Shown here piece after piece: positions 1-10,944 of a stretch of DNA of 64,000 bases; the first letter of the stretch is position 1, and the number at the start of each line of letters is the position of its first letter. Location: positions 34,224,001 to 34,288,000 of the forward strand of contig CDPCPM010000037.1 in NCBI GenBank assembly GCA_976551045.1. Direction: 5' to 3'. This DNA comes from Glaucostegus cemiculus. Taxonomy: Eukaryota. The position numbers and the translations under genes were made by a program. The notes beneath the pieces are model-generated. The model did no database searches. It worked only from the letters and a program-made list of their open reading frames with translations, and was not told the DNA's origin.

Positions 1-170
1 TTCTCTGCTACCTAGACTAATTTGCTTTCTCTCTTCCTCAATTCTGATGAAGGGTCTTCAACCCAAAAGATTAACTATTTCTCTTTCCACAGATGCTGCC
101 TGACCTGCTGAGTTTTTCCAGCATTTTCTCTTTTTATTTTAGATTTCCAGCATCTGCAGTTTTTTTAAAT
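1..170 (+). mobile_element. Penelope-like element terminal repeat fragment with a degenerate hammerhead core
   Basis: CTGATGA at 44-50 followed by AGGGTCTTCAACCC-AAAA, then the family block ccacagatgctgcctgacctgctgag...ttccagcatctgcag. Confidence 0.7.
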
Positions 171-1187
171 TTCAGTTACTTAAAACAGTTAACAGTAGAG
201 GTCATTTGGCCCTGGCGATATAGTTTTCAGATTACTGAGAGAAGGATGGAAATTGCAGAAGCTCCAGTCACATTCTTTCAGTTCACCTTAAGATGAGGAG
301 GATTGCAAATGTTACACTTCTTGTTTTTAAGAAAAACAGAGAGGGATAAACCCAGAAACCATCAGCTAATCAGAGTAACTTTGATGGTGGGGAATTTTTA
401 GAGAGAATAATCAGACAAATAAAGCATAGATTTGTTTAAAAACATGCTTGATGAACTTGACTGACTTTCTTGATAACGTAAGTGGGAGGGGTTCTTTATA
501 TAGGATTTTATAATAGTAAATAAAAATTAAAATAAAAAGGGTTGCTGGGTCTTCAGCCTAAAACCTTAACTGTTTCTCTCTCCACAGATGCTGTCTGAAA
601 GTTCCCAACAATTTTTTGTGTTTGTTTAGAATTTTATAACATTCTGGTAGTTTCCCAGTCACCATTTGTAATTGAATTATTTTTGATTCCAGATAACTTA
701 AATTCCCCATTTGTTGAGTGTCTAGATCTTCACCACAGACCTCTGGACTATGAATCGAGTAAGTTAGCCACTTGCTAAATGAAGCTGCCACTTTACAGTG
801 GTTGATGCTGTTGTATGTGGGTTTTCAAACTGCATTTGGCAATGTGCCAGAAAAGAGGGTTGGTAGCAAAATTAAAGCCCGTAGGTTTAAAGGCACAGTG
901 GCAGCATGGATACAGAAAAGGCTACGGAATAAAAAGTGTAGTATTGAACGGCTAGTTTTTAAGCCAAAGTAAGTACAGTGATTTTCTATAGAAATCAGTA
1001 CAAGGGCAACTGCTCTTTCTTATATATTAATGTCCTAGCCTTAGAGCAGTGTACGGTCTTACTATAAAGTACAGAGAGAGAGAGAGTGACTCATGCTTCT
1101 AAGGCAGAAGGTTGTAAGTTTGAGCCTTTGAAGAGTGATCACAAAACTCCAGACTATTGCTCCACTCTGGAGGTACTGTTTTTTGTT

Positions 1188-1360
1188 ATTGGTGTTGGTT
1201 TATTATTGTTACGTGTACTGAGATACAGTGGAAAAACTTTTGTGTGCCATCCAGGCAGATCATGCTGTACTTAAGTACATCGAGGTAGTAAAAAGAAAAC
1301 AGAATGCAAAATATAGTGAAGCAGCTACAGAGAAAGTGCAGTGCAGGTAAACAAATAAGT
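1188..1360 (-). mobile_element. Rex-Babar-type LINE 3' UTR fragment
   Basis: Minus strand ends ...ttttccactgtatctcagtacacgtaacaataataaacc, the same tail type that follows Rex ORF remnants at 10945-11415. Confidence 0.65.
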
Positions 1361-1444
1361 ATCATGTTTATCATGTTGTCAGACTCTTGAATGGACCTCA
1401 TATACTAAAGATGAATTCTTGATCTCCCAATCCACCTCGTCGTG

Positions 1445-1620
1445 GCCCTTCTGCTTTATTTGTCTACCTTCACTGCATTCTTACAGTAATTGCAACACAC
1501 TATATTGTGCATTCTGTTTTGTTCACCTTTTATGTTACCTCAATGGAATGATCTGTCTGGATGGTATGCAAACAAAACTTTTCACGTATTTCTGTACCTA
1601 TGACAATAATAAACTAATTA
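1445..1620 (+). mobile_element. Rex-Babar-type LINE 3' UTR fragment, inverted relative to 1188-1360
   Basis: atgatctgtctggatggtatgcaaacaaaacttttcac...tgacaataataaac. Confidence 0.65.
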
Positions 1621-1629
1621 CCCACAGCA

Positions 1630-1901
1630 GGACAGAACCTCTTCTTGTGTCTGGAGATAAATGCTTTCAAGCTTTTGTATCTTCTGCCTGACAGGAGGGG
1701 GGGGAGAAGAGAATGCCCAGGGTGGGTGGGATCTTTGATATTCTGGCTGCTTTCCCAAGGCAGTGGGAAGTGTAGATGGAGTCGATGGAGGGGAGGCTAG
1801 TTTGTGTGATGGAGTGGACCGAGCACACAATTCTCTGTGGTCTTGGGCAGGGCAGTTGCCATGCCAAGCTATGATGCATCTGGATAGGCTACATTCTATG
1901 G
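1630..1901 (-). mobile_element. Rex1/Babar LINE, C-terminal ORF remnant
   Basis: Minus translation ...SITQTSLPSIDSIYTSHCLGKAARI..., the same region as the ORF at 52740-53108. Confidence 0.8.
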
Positions 1902-1904
1902 CGA

Positions 1905-2190
1905 AGGCACTGTAGCATAGTGGTTAGCACAATGCTTTACAGCGCCAGCAACCTGGGTTCAAATCCAGCCACTGTCTGTAAGGAGTTTGTACGTTCTCCC
2001 CATGTCTGCGTGGGTTTCCTCCGGGTGCTCCAGTTTCCTCCCACATTCCAAAGACGTACAGGTTAGGAAGTTATGGGCAATGCTATGTTGGCGCCAGAAG
2101 CGTGGCGACACTTGCGGGCTGCCCCCCAAAACCACTATGCAAAAAATGTATTTCACTGTGTGTTTCAATGTACATGTGACTAATAAAGAT
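1905..2190 (+). mobile_element. tRNA-derived V-SINE (HE1-like head) with Rex-type 3' tail
   Basis: A-box-like tagcatagtgg and B-box gggttcaaatcc. V-domain gttctcccc...tgggtttcctccgggtgctccagtttcctcccaca. Tail tttcactgtgtgtttcaatgtacatgtgactaataaa. Confidence 0.85.
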
Positions 2191-2353
2191 CATATCATTG
2201 GGATGTGCTGAATTACTGAGCCCCTGGCTTCTTCAGGTGGACACCCAAGAGTCCTTGGAACTACTCTTAGGAAATGTTGGGTTGGTTTCCATCCCTGCAG
2301 GTGATTTCTAAAGGAACATCAGTGGAAGTGTCGACATTGGTATTGGTTTATTA

Positions 2354-2706
2354 GAACACAGAAACAGAAAAACTACATCACAATTCAGGCCCTTTGGCCC
2401 ACAAAGCTGTGCCGAACATGTCCCTACACTAGAAATTACTGGGCATTCCCATAGCCCTCTATTTTACCTAGCTCCATGTACCTATCTAACAGTCTCTTGA
2501 AAGACCCTATCGTATCCACCTCCACCACTGCCTCTGGCAGCCCATTCCACGCACTCACCACTCTCTGAGTAAAAAACTTTCCCCTGACATCTCCTCCATA
2601 TCTACTCCCCAGCACCTTAAACCTATGTCCTCTTGTGGCCACCATTTCAACCCTGGGGAAAAGCCTCTGACTATCTACCCGATCTATACTCTCATCATCT
2701 TATATA
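2354..2706 (-). mobile_element. CR1 LINE 3' end
   Basis: ORF 2436-2645 TRGHRFKVLG...GKFFTQRVVSAWNGLPEAVVEVDTIGSFKRLLD is the CR1 ORF2 C-terminus. Confidence 0.9.
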
Positions 2707-2707
2707 A

Positions 2708-2950
2708 TTTATTTACAGCGCGGTAACAGGCCCTTTCAGCCCAACAAGTCCACGCTGCCCATTTTCCACCCCCAAGTTAACCTACCCGCACGTCTTTTTA
2801 GAACGTGGGAGGAAACCGGAGCACCCGGAGGAAACCCACGCAGACACGGGGAGAACGTACAAACTCCTTACAGACAGCGGCGGGAATCAAACCCCGATCG
2901 CTGGCGCCGTAACAGCGTCGCGCTAACCGCAACGCTGTCGTGCCGCCCCA
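2708..2950 (-). mobile_element. HE1-like V-SINE with CR1-type 3' tail, CpG-rich copy
   Basis: Minus strand shows a tRNA-like head (ggggcggcacgacagcgttgcggttagc...ggtttgattccc), the V-domain, and tail ttgggctgaaagggcctgttaccgcgctgt. Confidence 0.85.
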
Positions 2951-3383
2951 ATACCTCATTATTGTCACTTGTGCCGAGGTCCAGTGAAAAACTTGCCTTG
3001 CAAGCCGATGGTACAGGTCAGTTCATTACGCAGTGCGGTTCCACAGAGTTGGTACAGAGTGCATTGAGGTAGTACATGGGCAATATCACATGGCCGTTTC
3101 TGACAGCTTGCTGTGGGCAAGAGTGGTGTCTGCATTGCATTGGTGGACATATTTTGAGGCGATCTGACCAAAACAACCCCCCCCCCCCACCACCACCCCA
3201 CCCCACCCCACCCCTTCAGTCACATACACTTTCAAAGTCTGGAGACGGCTGGCGAACGCGATGAACAAGAGTTACCGGACCCTCGGGCTGGCGGCGTGCG
3301 ATGGATCTGACGGACGGGGAGAGTTGACCGGCCTGACAGGCCCGACCCCCTCCCTCGGATGGCGGGTTGGTTGGGTGGGAGGG

Positions 3384-3590
3384 GGCGCGCGGCGGGACGG
3401 TTGGCCGCGGGGGGCGCGCGGCGGCGGGACGGTTGGCCGCGGGGGGCGCGCGGCGGCGGGACGGTTGGTCGCGTGGAGCGGGGCGCGCGGCGGCGGGACG
3501 GTTGGCCGCGGGGGGCGCGCGGCGGCGGGACGGTTGGCCGCGGGGGGCGCGCGGCGGCGGGACGGTTGGTCGCGTGGAGCGGGGCGCGCG
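3384..3590. repeat. GC-rich minisatellite of six units (32,32,37,32,32,37 pattern; 101-bp higher-order repeat)
   Basis: Core ACGGTTGG starts at 3397, 3429, 3461, 3498, 3530 and 3562. Units 3 and 6 carry the variant TCGCGTGGAGC. Confidence 0.95.
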
Positions 3591-3636
3591 CTCCCGCCCG
3601 CGTTTCCTTCCCTGTTGTTGGACGGTGCGTCCGTCC

Positions 3637-3661
3637 GTGTGTGTGTGTGAGAGAGAGAGAG
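3637..3661. repeat. (GT)n(GA)n compound microsatellite in the probable 5'UTR
   Basis: gtgtgtgtgtgtgagagagagagag. Confidence 0.85.
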
Positions 3662-3785
3662 GGCGGCAGCGGGCAGTCTGCCGGCGCTCCTGACTCGGGG
3701 AGGCTCCCTCTCCTCCTATTATTAATATATTTTTAAAAAATCGTTATCGCTTTATTTGCCAAGGGGTCTGGAAAGGAAAATAAAA

Positions 3786-3911
3786 ATGCCGGAGGTGATC
3801 ACGGTGCAGGAATTTATCCACGAGACCCTGGAGGATCACAGCTCGCCGACGACCTCCTCGTTCACCACCAGAATGGGAAACTGCAGGAACACGGTGGCTG
3901 CACTGGAGGAG
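3786..3911 (+). CDS. ASAP1-like: ASAP-family Arf-GAP, coding exon 1 (MPEVITVQEFIHETLEDHSSPTTSSFTTRMGNCRNTVAALEE)
   Basis: ATG at 3786 (aaaATG) inside a CpG island. 126 nt ending GAG|gtaaag. Peptide matches the ASAP N-terminus (ASAP1 MPDQISVSEFIAETTEDYNSPTTSSFTTRLHNCRNTVTLLEE, from memory). Confidence 0.95.
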
Positions 3912-4068
3912 GTAAAGCCCGGGACTCCCGCTCTGCCCGGCAGCCACCCGCCCGCGCTTTAAATGTCCCTCTCGTCTCTTCCCTCCCGCCTCCTGTCACC
4001 TCGACCGTCTCTCCCCACCACCCCACCCCTCCCCTCCCCTCGGCTCGGTGGGTGACCCCCTCCCTCCC

Positions 4069-4915
4069 NNNNNNNNNNNNNNNNNNNNNNNNNNNNNNNN
4101 NNNNNNNNNNNNNNNNNNNNNNNNNNNNNNNNNNNNNNNNNNNNNNNNNNNNNNNNNNNNNNNNNNNNNNNNNNNNNNNNNNNNNNNNNNNNNNNNNNNN
4201 NNNNNNNNNNNNNNNNNNNNNNNNNNNNNNNNNNNNNNNNNNNNNNNNNNNNNNNNNNNNNNNNNNNNNNNNNNNNNNNNNNNNNNNNNNNNNNNNNNNN
4301 NNNNNNNNNNNNNNNNNNNNNNNNNNNNNNNNNNNNNNNNNNNNNNNNNNNNNNNNNNNNNNNNNNNNNNNNNNNNNNNNNNNNNNNNNNNNNNNNNNNN
4401 NNNNNNNNNNNNNNNNNNNNNNNNNNNNNNNNNNNNNNNNNNNNNNNNNNNNNNNNNNNNNNNNNNNNNNNNNNNNNNNNNNNNNNNNNNNNNNNNNNNN
4501 NNNNNNNNNNNNNNNNNNNNNNNNNNNNNNNNNNNNNNNNNNNNNNNNNNNNNNNNNNNNNNNNNNNNNNNNNNNNNNNNNNNNNNNCACCCCTCCCTCC
4601 CNNNNNNNNNNNNNNNNNNNNNNNNNNNNNNNNNNNNNNNNNNNNNNNNNNNNNNNNNNNNNNNNNNNNNNNNNNNNNNNNNNNNNNNNNNNNNNNNNNN
4701 NNNNNNNNNNNNNNNNNNNNNNNNNNNNNNNNNNNNNNNNNNNNNNNNNNNNNNNNNNNNNNNNNNNNNNNNNNNNNNNNNNNNNNNNNNNNNNNNNNNN
4801 NNNNNNNNNNNNNNNNNNNNNNNNNNNNNNNNNNNNNNNNNNNNNNNNNNNNNNNNNNNNNNNNNNNNNNNNNNNNNNNNNNNNNNNNNNNNNNNNNNNN
4901 NNNNNNNNNNNNNNN
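4069..4915. other. Assembly gaps or masked runs (N 4069-4587 and 4602-4915) flanked by C-rich low-complexity sequence
   Basis: N runs separated by a 14-nt island CACCCCTCCCTCCC. Confidence 0.95.
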
Positions 4916-5099
4916 CCCACCCCTGCAAAAGGACCGTCCGCCGCAGCACTGAGGGAGCGCCGCACCGTCGCCGGCGCCGTCTGTCAGGCGAGGGACGCGG
5001 CGGCCCACGGGTGAATTTAAAAGGTGCGAAGCCGTCGCGACCTGTAGGATCGAACCAACAACTCTGAAGATGGATTTTATCCCGTTGTACAGCAAGGAA

Positions 5100-5915
5100 A
5101 CGGGCCGTTCGGCCCATCTCTTCCCTGCTGCCCAAGCTACTTTCCTTTGCCCGAGTTTGGCCCATATCCCATAAATATTATCTATCCACATAACTGTTGA
5201 AATGTCTTTTAAATGTCATAATTGTACTCGGCTCTACTTCCTCTGGCAGGTCGTTCCTTATACCCACCATCCTCTGTGTAAAAAAACTTGCACTTCAGGT
5301 CCTCTTTAAATCTTTCCCCCTCACCTTAAATCTGTGCCCTTTAGTTTTATACTCCCCTACCCTGGGGATAAAGACAATGACTGTGCACCTTATCTATGCC
5401 CCTTGTGATTTTATATACTTCAGCCACCTCTGCTCCAGGGAAAAATGTCCCAGCCTATCCGTATAACCTAAGCCCTCCAGTACTGGTAACATCCTCATGA
5501 ATCTTTTCTGCATTCTTTCTAGCTTAATGACATTCTTCTTTTAGCTGGGTGAGCTGCACACAATATTCCAAGTGCAGTCTCACCAGTCACTAGTACAATT
5601 GCAACATGATGTCCGAAGTTCTGTATTCAGTGTCCTGACCAATGAAGGCAAGGGTGCCAAATGCCTTCTTTCACCACCCTGTGTACCCGAGTCACCACTT
5701 TCAGGGAACTATGTACCTGCATCCTAGGTCCCTGTGTTACACAGTAAGTGGTAGGGCCTTGGAGAATGTTGTAGATCCTGCCCTGGTTTAACTGACCAAA
5801 ATGCAACACCTTGCAATTGTCCAAGTTAAATTCAGTCTGCCATTCCTTGGCGCACTTCCCCAGTTCATGTAGATCCTGTTGTAATCTTAGATAATCTTCT
5901 TCACTGTCCTGTGGC
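5100..5915 (-). mobile_element. CR1 LINE RT/3' fragment
   Basis: ORF 5627-5932 DSEEDYLRLQQDLHELGKCAKEWQTEFNLDNCKVLHFG. Confidence 0.85.
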
Positions 5916-6029
5916 AATACTCTATACAGCATTTACCATTACTGACTGGGGGTGATTTTCTGGACACCTATAGCATTGTAATAGAGAAGAACATGGGTTT
6001 TATTCCATAATGTGTATTGTCTCATCATG

Positions 6030-6360
6030 GTTAACTTATCATCCAGAAGCTTGGACAATTCAGCTGGAGGCAGTCTTACTACACTGACATGAGTTTTAAC
6101 CAAATAAATGAAAAGCTGTTATCGGTAGTCATGAAATTGCTAGGTTGCTGTAAAACCCCATCTGGTCCAGTAACTTGCTTGATAGAAAATCTGTATCTCC
6201 TATCCATTCTGGTAGATTTGTAACTCCAGATGTACTGATGTGATTGGCTCTTAATACCGACTGTAATGACCCAGCTGGGGAGCAATTACATTTGGACAAT
6301 AAGTGCCAGGCTTGCCATCAAAGTCAAGATCTGGGATTTATGATATTTCATGTTAATGAC
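6030..6360 (+). mobile_element. Old elasmobranch SINE (same family as 47050-47575)
   Basis: Shared blocks gtaaaaccccatctgg...gaaaatctg...actccaga and a tail resembling ggacaataagtgccaggcttgcca. Confidence 0.55.
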
Positions 6361-6589
6361 CTATCATCACAACTGTTTTACTTCACGTTTCCAGCATCTG
6401 CTGTATTTTGCTTTCTAGATTACTAAAGCCTTACAGAATTTTGAATGCTGAAAATCAGGATATGGGAATTGGGTAGTAAAATGGAACTGAGATTCATAAG
6501 AAACCCAAGGCATAAAAGCAGCTGGAGGCTGTTAAACTGTTTTTACTTGCAGTCACTTTCCTGCACTGACCCCATATCCCTTGCATCAG

Positions 6590-6900
6590 AAAGTCATACA
6601 GAACAGAAATCTGCCCTTTAGCACACTGAGTCTGCACTGATCATCAAGTACACACACTAATACCATTTTATTCTTTCCACATTTCCATCAATTCCCCCAG
6701 ACTCTACCATTCACCTACACACTAGAGGTGGTTTACAGTGGCCAATTAACTTACCAACCTGCACATCTTTGGGATGTGGGAGGAAATCCATGAAGTCACA
6801 GGGTGATTGTGCAAACTCCATACAGGCACACTGGAAGTCAGGATCAAACCCAGGCCACTGGAGTTAAGAGGTAGCAGCTCCATAAACTGGGCTACCCTGT
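6590..6900 (-). mobile_element. Older HE1-like V-SINE
   Basis: gggatgtgggaggaaa...tgcaaactccatacag...ggatcaaacccagg (V-domain and B-box on the minus strand). Confidence 0.75.
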
Positions 6901-6909
6901 AATATCTAA

Positions 6910-8620
6910 TAATCTCTGCCTGGATATACTCATTTACTAAACCTCCCATAGGCTAGAGAATTCTAATGATTCACTACCTCCTGAGCGAAGAAATTTATTC
7001 TCATCAGTCCTGAATGGCTGACCCCTAGTTTTGAGTCTTTTACTTTGGTTCTGCAAGAATTTTATATGTTTCAATAAGATCACTCCTCATTCTTCTAAAC
7101 AAGAATATAGACCCAGTCTGCCCAATCTGTCCCTATAGGACAACTGCAGCTCCTGCCTCTCCCACCATTTCAGAAATCTGGTAAACCTTTGTTGCTTTCT
7201 TTCCTTATTATACAGTATTCCAGGTGTGGTCTGACCAAACCTCTTTCAATAAAGACCAACATATTTGATGTTCCTGCACATTAACTCTCTGATCCATGTA
7301 CAAGGACACCTAGGTCCCTTTGAACTTTTCTGTCCCTTGCCATTTACGTAATAAAGAAATACCTTGGATTTCTATTTATCCTACTGGTGTATAACAGCTG
7401 CTGTGTCCTTTCCATTCATTTAACCTATTTATACCCCCTTGAAGTCCCTCTGCATCTTCTTCATAGCTAACACTACTGCTTAGCTTTATCTAATCAGTAA
7501 AATCGAATATGTCACATCGGTCAGATTGTCAACAGCTGGGGTCTCAGCACCAATCCCTGTGGCACCCCATGAGTCATGGCGTCTCAAATAATGACCCATT
7601 TCTTCCTACTCTCTCTCTCTTTTCTCTTCATTATTCAACCCCCAATCCATACCAGTTTATTACCCTCAGTCCTATCAGCTCTAATTTACATTAATATCAT
7701 ATTTGTGGTACCTTTTAGAAAACCTTTTGAAAACCTGAATGCACCATATCCATTGGCTTCCCCTTATCTACTTTGCTAGTAACAACCTAAAAAACTCAGA
7801 TTTGTCAATCACTATTTCCCATTCACAAATCCATGTTGGCTCTGACCAATCTTATTATTTTCTTTAAGTACCCTTCTACCATTTCCTTAGTAATAGACTT
7901 TAGTATTTTCCTTGCTATTGATCTCAGACTAACAGATCTGTAATTTCCTGCGTTTTCTCTCTTAAATAGTGCGGCTACATTTGCCAGTTTGTGGGAGTTA
8001 TTTTGGACTCTGGAATTTTGGAAGATGACAGACTGTCCCATTATCTTCATTGCTCCCTCTTTCAAAACCTTGGGGTGCAATAATCAGGTCCTGAGAATTT
8101 GTCTGCTTTTGATTGTGTTAATTTCTCCAGTTTTTTTTCACTCCTTGCTTTTCTCACGTCTGCCAATTGCTTTTGCACTCCTCATTCTGTCTTGACCTGT
8201 TGTTCACTATTTCCAGGAGTTTTTCTTTGTTCTCATGAAGACAGCGGCACATTATTTGATTTATTTTGTCTGCTACTTCCTTATTCCCCAATATAATTTC
8301 TCCGTTCTCTGTCTGTAAGGAACCCACATCAAGTTTTGCTAATCTTTTCCTGTTTATGTGTCTGTAGAAACTTTTGTGCTCTTTCATTCCTCACTAGATT
8401 ACTCATGTTCTGCTTTATTTTTCCTTATCAAATTCTTGGTTCTTCTTTTGGTCACTTTTGAACATTTCCAAACCTTTGGGTTTATTGCTCTGTTTGGCAA
8501 TATTGTAAGTCTTTTCCTTTGATCTATTACAATCTTTGAATTCTTTAGTTAAGGCATGACCGTACCATTTTTCCTGCTGGATATTTGAGCCTTAAAGGGA
8601 TGTATAATTTCTGTAAGCCA
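6910..8620 (-). mobile_element. Degenerate CR1 LINE ORF2 fragments
   Basis: ORFs 7823-8080 (HPKVLKE...GNYRSVSL) and 8154-8387 (KSFYRHINRKR). Confidence 0.8.
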
Positions 8621-8629
8621 CGATTTATA

Positions 8630-10240
8630 TTACCACAGTCTTTACAGTAAAAGATACATACCATTAATACCGAATACTATTGGGGAGGAACTAAATACCA
8701 TCATGAGAGAATTGGTATTGGGCAAAGGCTGAAAAGTATCCTGGCCTGGGTGGCTTGTATCCTAGGTGTCTAGAAGAAGTAGCTACAGAGAGAGTGGTTG
8801 CATTAGTTGTAATCTTCCTAAAATCTTTAGCTTCTAAAGTGTGCCAGAAGATTGGAATGTGACATCCATTTTCAAAAAAGGAGGGAGGCAACAAGCGGGA
8901 AACTATGAGTTGATTAGCCTGACATCCATTGTTGAAAAAATGTTAGAATCAATTATTAAGGAAAAAATGGCAGCACATTTGGAAAATCCTAATCTAATCA
9001 AACAGAGTCACAAGGCTTCATGAAGGGGAAATCATGCCAAACAAATTTATGAGAATTTACCAAGGAAGTCTCAACAAAGTGGATAATAGATGTATTATAT
9101 CTGGACTTTAAGAAGGCATTTGACAAGATGTCTCACAAAAGGTTAAGTCACAAGATAAGAGTTCATTGTGTCAGAGTTAATATATTGGCTTGCAGGCAAG
9201 AAGCAATGAGTAGGTATAAGGAGTTAGTTTCAGGTTGGGAAATTGTGACCAGTGAGGTATCACAGTGATCAGTGCATGGACCACAACTGTTTATAATACA
9301 TGTTAATGACTCAGAAGAAGAAAGCAAGTGTGCCAAATTTGCAAATGACACCGAAAATAGGTTGGGAGACAAGTTGCAAGTAACAAATAGTTTACAGAGA
9401 CATAATGATAGATGGGGTGAGTGGGCATGAAGTTGGCAAATGGAATATAAAGTGATAAATTGTGCTGTTCATTTTGGAAGGAGGGGAAAATATTAGCTAT
9501 TATTTAAATGGAGAGAACGTGCAGAAAGATGCAGCACAAAGGAATTGGGGGGGGGTGCCTTGTGTATGAAACACAGAAAACTATTATGCAAGTGCAGCAG
9601 TAAATAGGAAAGACTAAGAATGTTGGGCCTAGCTTTAAGGGGGTTGGAATGTAAATGTAGGGAAGTTTTACTTCAACTAAAAAATATGCTAGTAAGACCA
9701 CATCTAGAGTATTGTGAACAATTTTGGTCCCCTTATTTAAGGAAAGATTTCATTGGAGGCGATTCAGAGAAGGCCCACTAGAATGATCTGTGCTACGGAA
9801 GGGTTGTCTGATGAGGAAAGGTTAAACAGACTGGGGCTGTACTCATTGGAATTTACAAGAATAAGAAGTGATCTTATTGAAACATAAGGTTCTTAAGAGG
9901 CTAGACAGAGTAAATACTGGTGAATGTTTCCTTTCATGAGTCCAGAATCAGAGGGCATGGTCTCAGAATAAGGGGCCACTTGCTCAAGACTGAAATGAGG
10001 AAGAATTTCTCTCAGGGGGTTATGAGTCCTTGGAACTGCTTGCTACAGAGAGCTGTGAGGGCAGAGTCCTTGAGTACCTATTTTTCAGGCTAAGGTAGAT
10101 AGATATCTACTCAGTAAGAGAATCACAGGTTGAGGAAGGAGCAGGCAAGTGAACTTGAGGAACGTCAGATCATCCATGATCTATTGAATGGTAGAGTTGG
10201 CTTAAGCATTTGTATGACCTATTCTTGTTCCTACTTATGG
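8630..10240 (+). mobile_element. Degenerate CR1 LINE (RT to 3' end)
   Basis: PEDWNVTSIFKKGGRQQAGNYELISLTSIVEKMLESIIKE. Downstream DFKKAFDK, FANDT and [13 protein letters not shown] remnants. Confidence 0.85.
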
Positions 10241-10549
10241 TATTAATACTTTAAAAGTTAGCTATTGCTTTATTTAACATCAGAACTTTTTAACATATCC
10301 TCAGTCTACCATAGCCAATTCATACATCATATTTTTATATTTTTTTTAGATTGCACTATCTTTATACACAAGTTATATCATATGATAAATTTGCTGTCAA
10401 GGCCCCTTAAATACTAGATAGCTAATTAATCTTTTCTTGTAACAATATTAAATCTATAATGGTCTGCAATGACATGCTGATTGGAAAATCATTTCTTTTA
10501 CACTCCATGAGTTTGTCCTCTGTACTACTACTGTTCATATTGTTGCCCA

Positions 10550-10870
10550 GTCATAGAATTATACAGCACGGAAGCAGGCCCTTTGGCCCAACTGGTCCAT
10601 ACCAACCAAGATTCCCATCAAAGCTAGTCCCATTTGCCCACATTTGTCCCATAACCTTCTAAACATTTCCTATCCATGTACCTGTCCAAGTACCTTTTAA
10701 ATGTTGTTAATATACCTGCCTCAACCATTTCCTCTGGCAGCTCATTCCATATACTGACCACCTTGTGTGTGAAAATTTGCCCCTCGGGTTCCTATTAAAT
10801 CTCTCCCCTCTCACCTTAAATCTATGCCCTCTAGTTCTTGATTCTCCAACCCTGGGAGAAAGACTGTATA
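10550..10870 (-). mobile_element. CR1 LINE 3' end
   Basis: SPRVGESRTRGHRFKVRGERF and a typical tail on the minus strand. Confidence 0.85.
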
Positions 10871-10944
10871 ACCCTGGAAAAAGGTGTATATGTAGATTAA
10901 TGTCTCCCATAATAATTGCATTTCCTGATCTATACAATTAAAAA

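Larger units (their letters stand above)
3240..5110. promoter_or_regulatory. CpG island spanning the ASAP promoter, 5'UTR, exon 1 and the start of intron 1
   Basis: Very high GC and CpG density around the first coding exon, against CpG-depleted AT-rich flanks. Interrupted by N runs. Confidence 0.85.

Noticed and set aside
1905-1980. tRNA gene
   Set aside because: The A/B boxes run directly into the V-SINE body, so this is a SINE head and not a tRNA.
3384-3590. CRISPR-like array
   Set aside because: Units are head-to-tail with no unique spacers, in a eukaryotic context.
3261-3736. Arg/Gly/Ala-rich ORFs in all three + frames
   Set aside because: Translations of the stop-free GC minisatellite, with no coding signature.
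3756-3785. N-terminal extension from the ORF-track start at 3756
   Set aside because: It is a TTG start. Homology to ASAP begins at the ATG at 3786, which has A at -3.
3862-5191. Long 320-410 aa ORFs in the ORF track
   Set aside because: Artefacts of translating through N runs.
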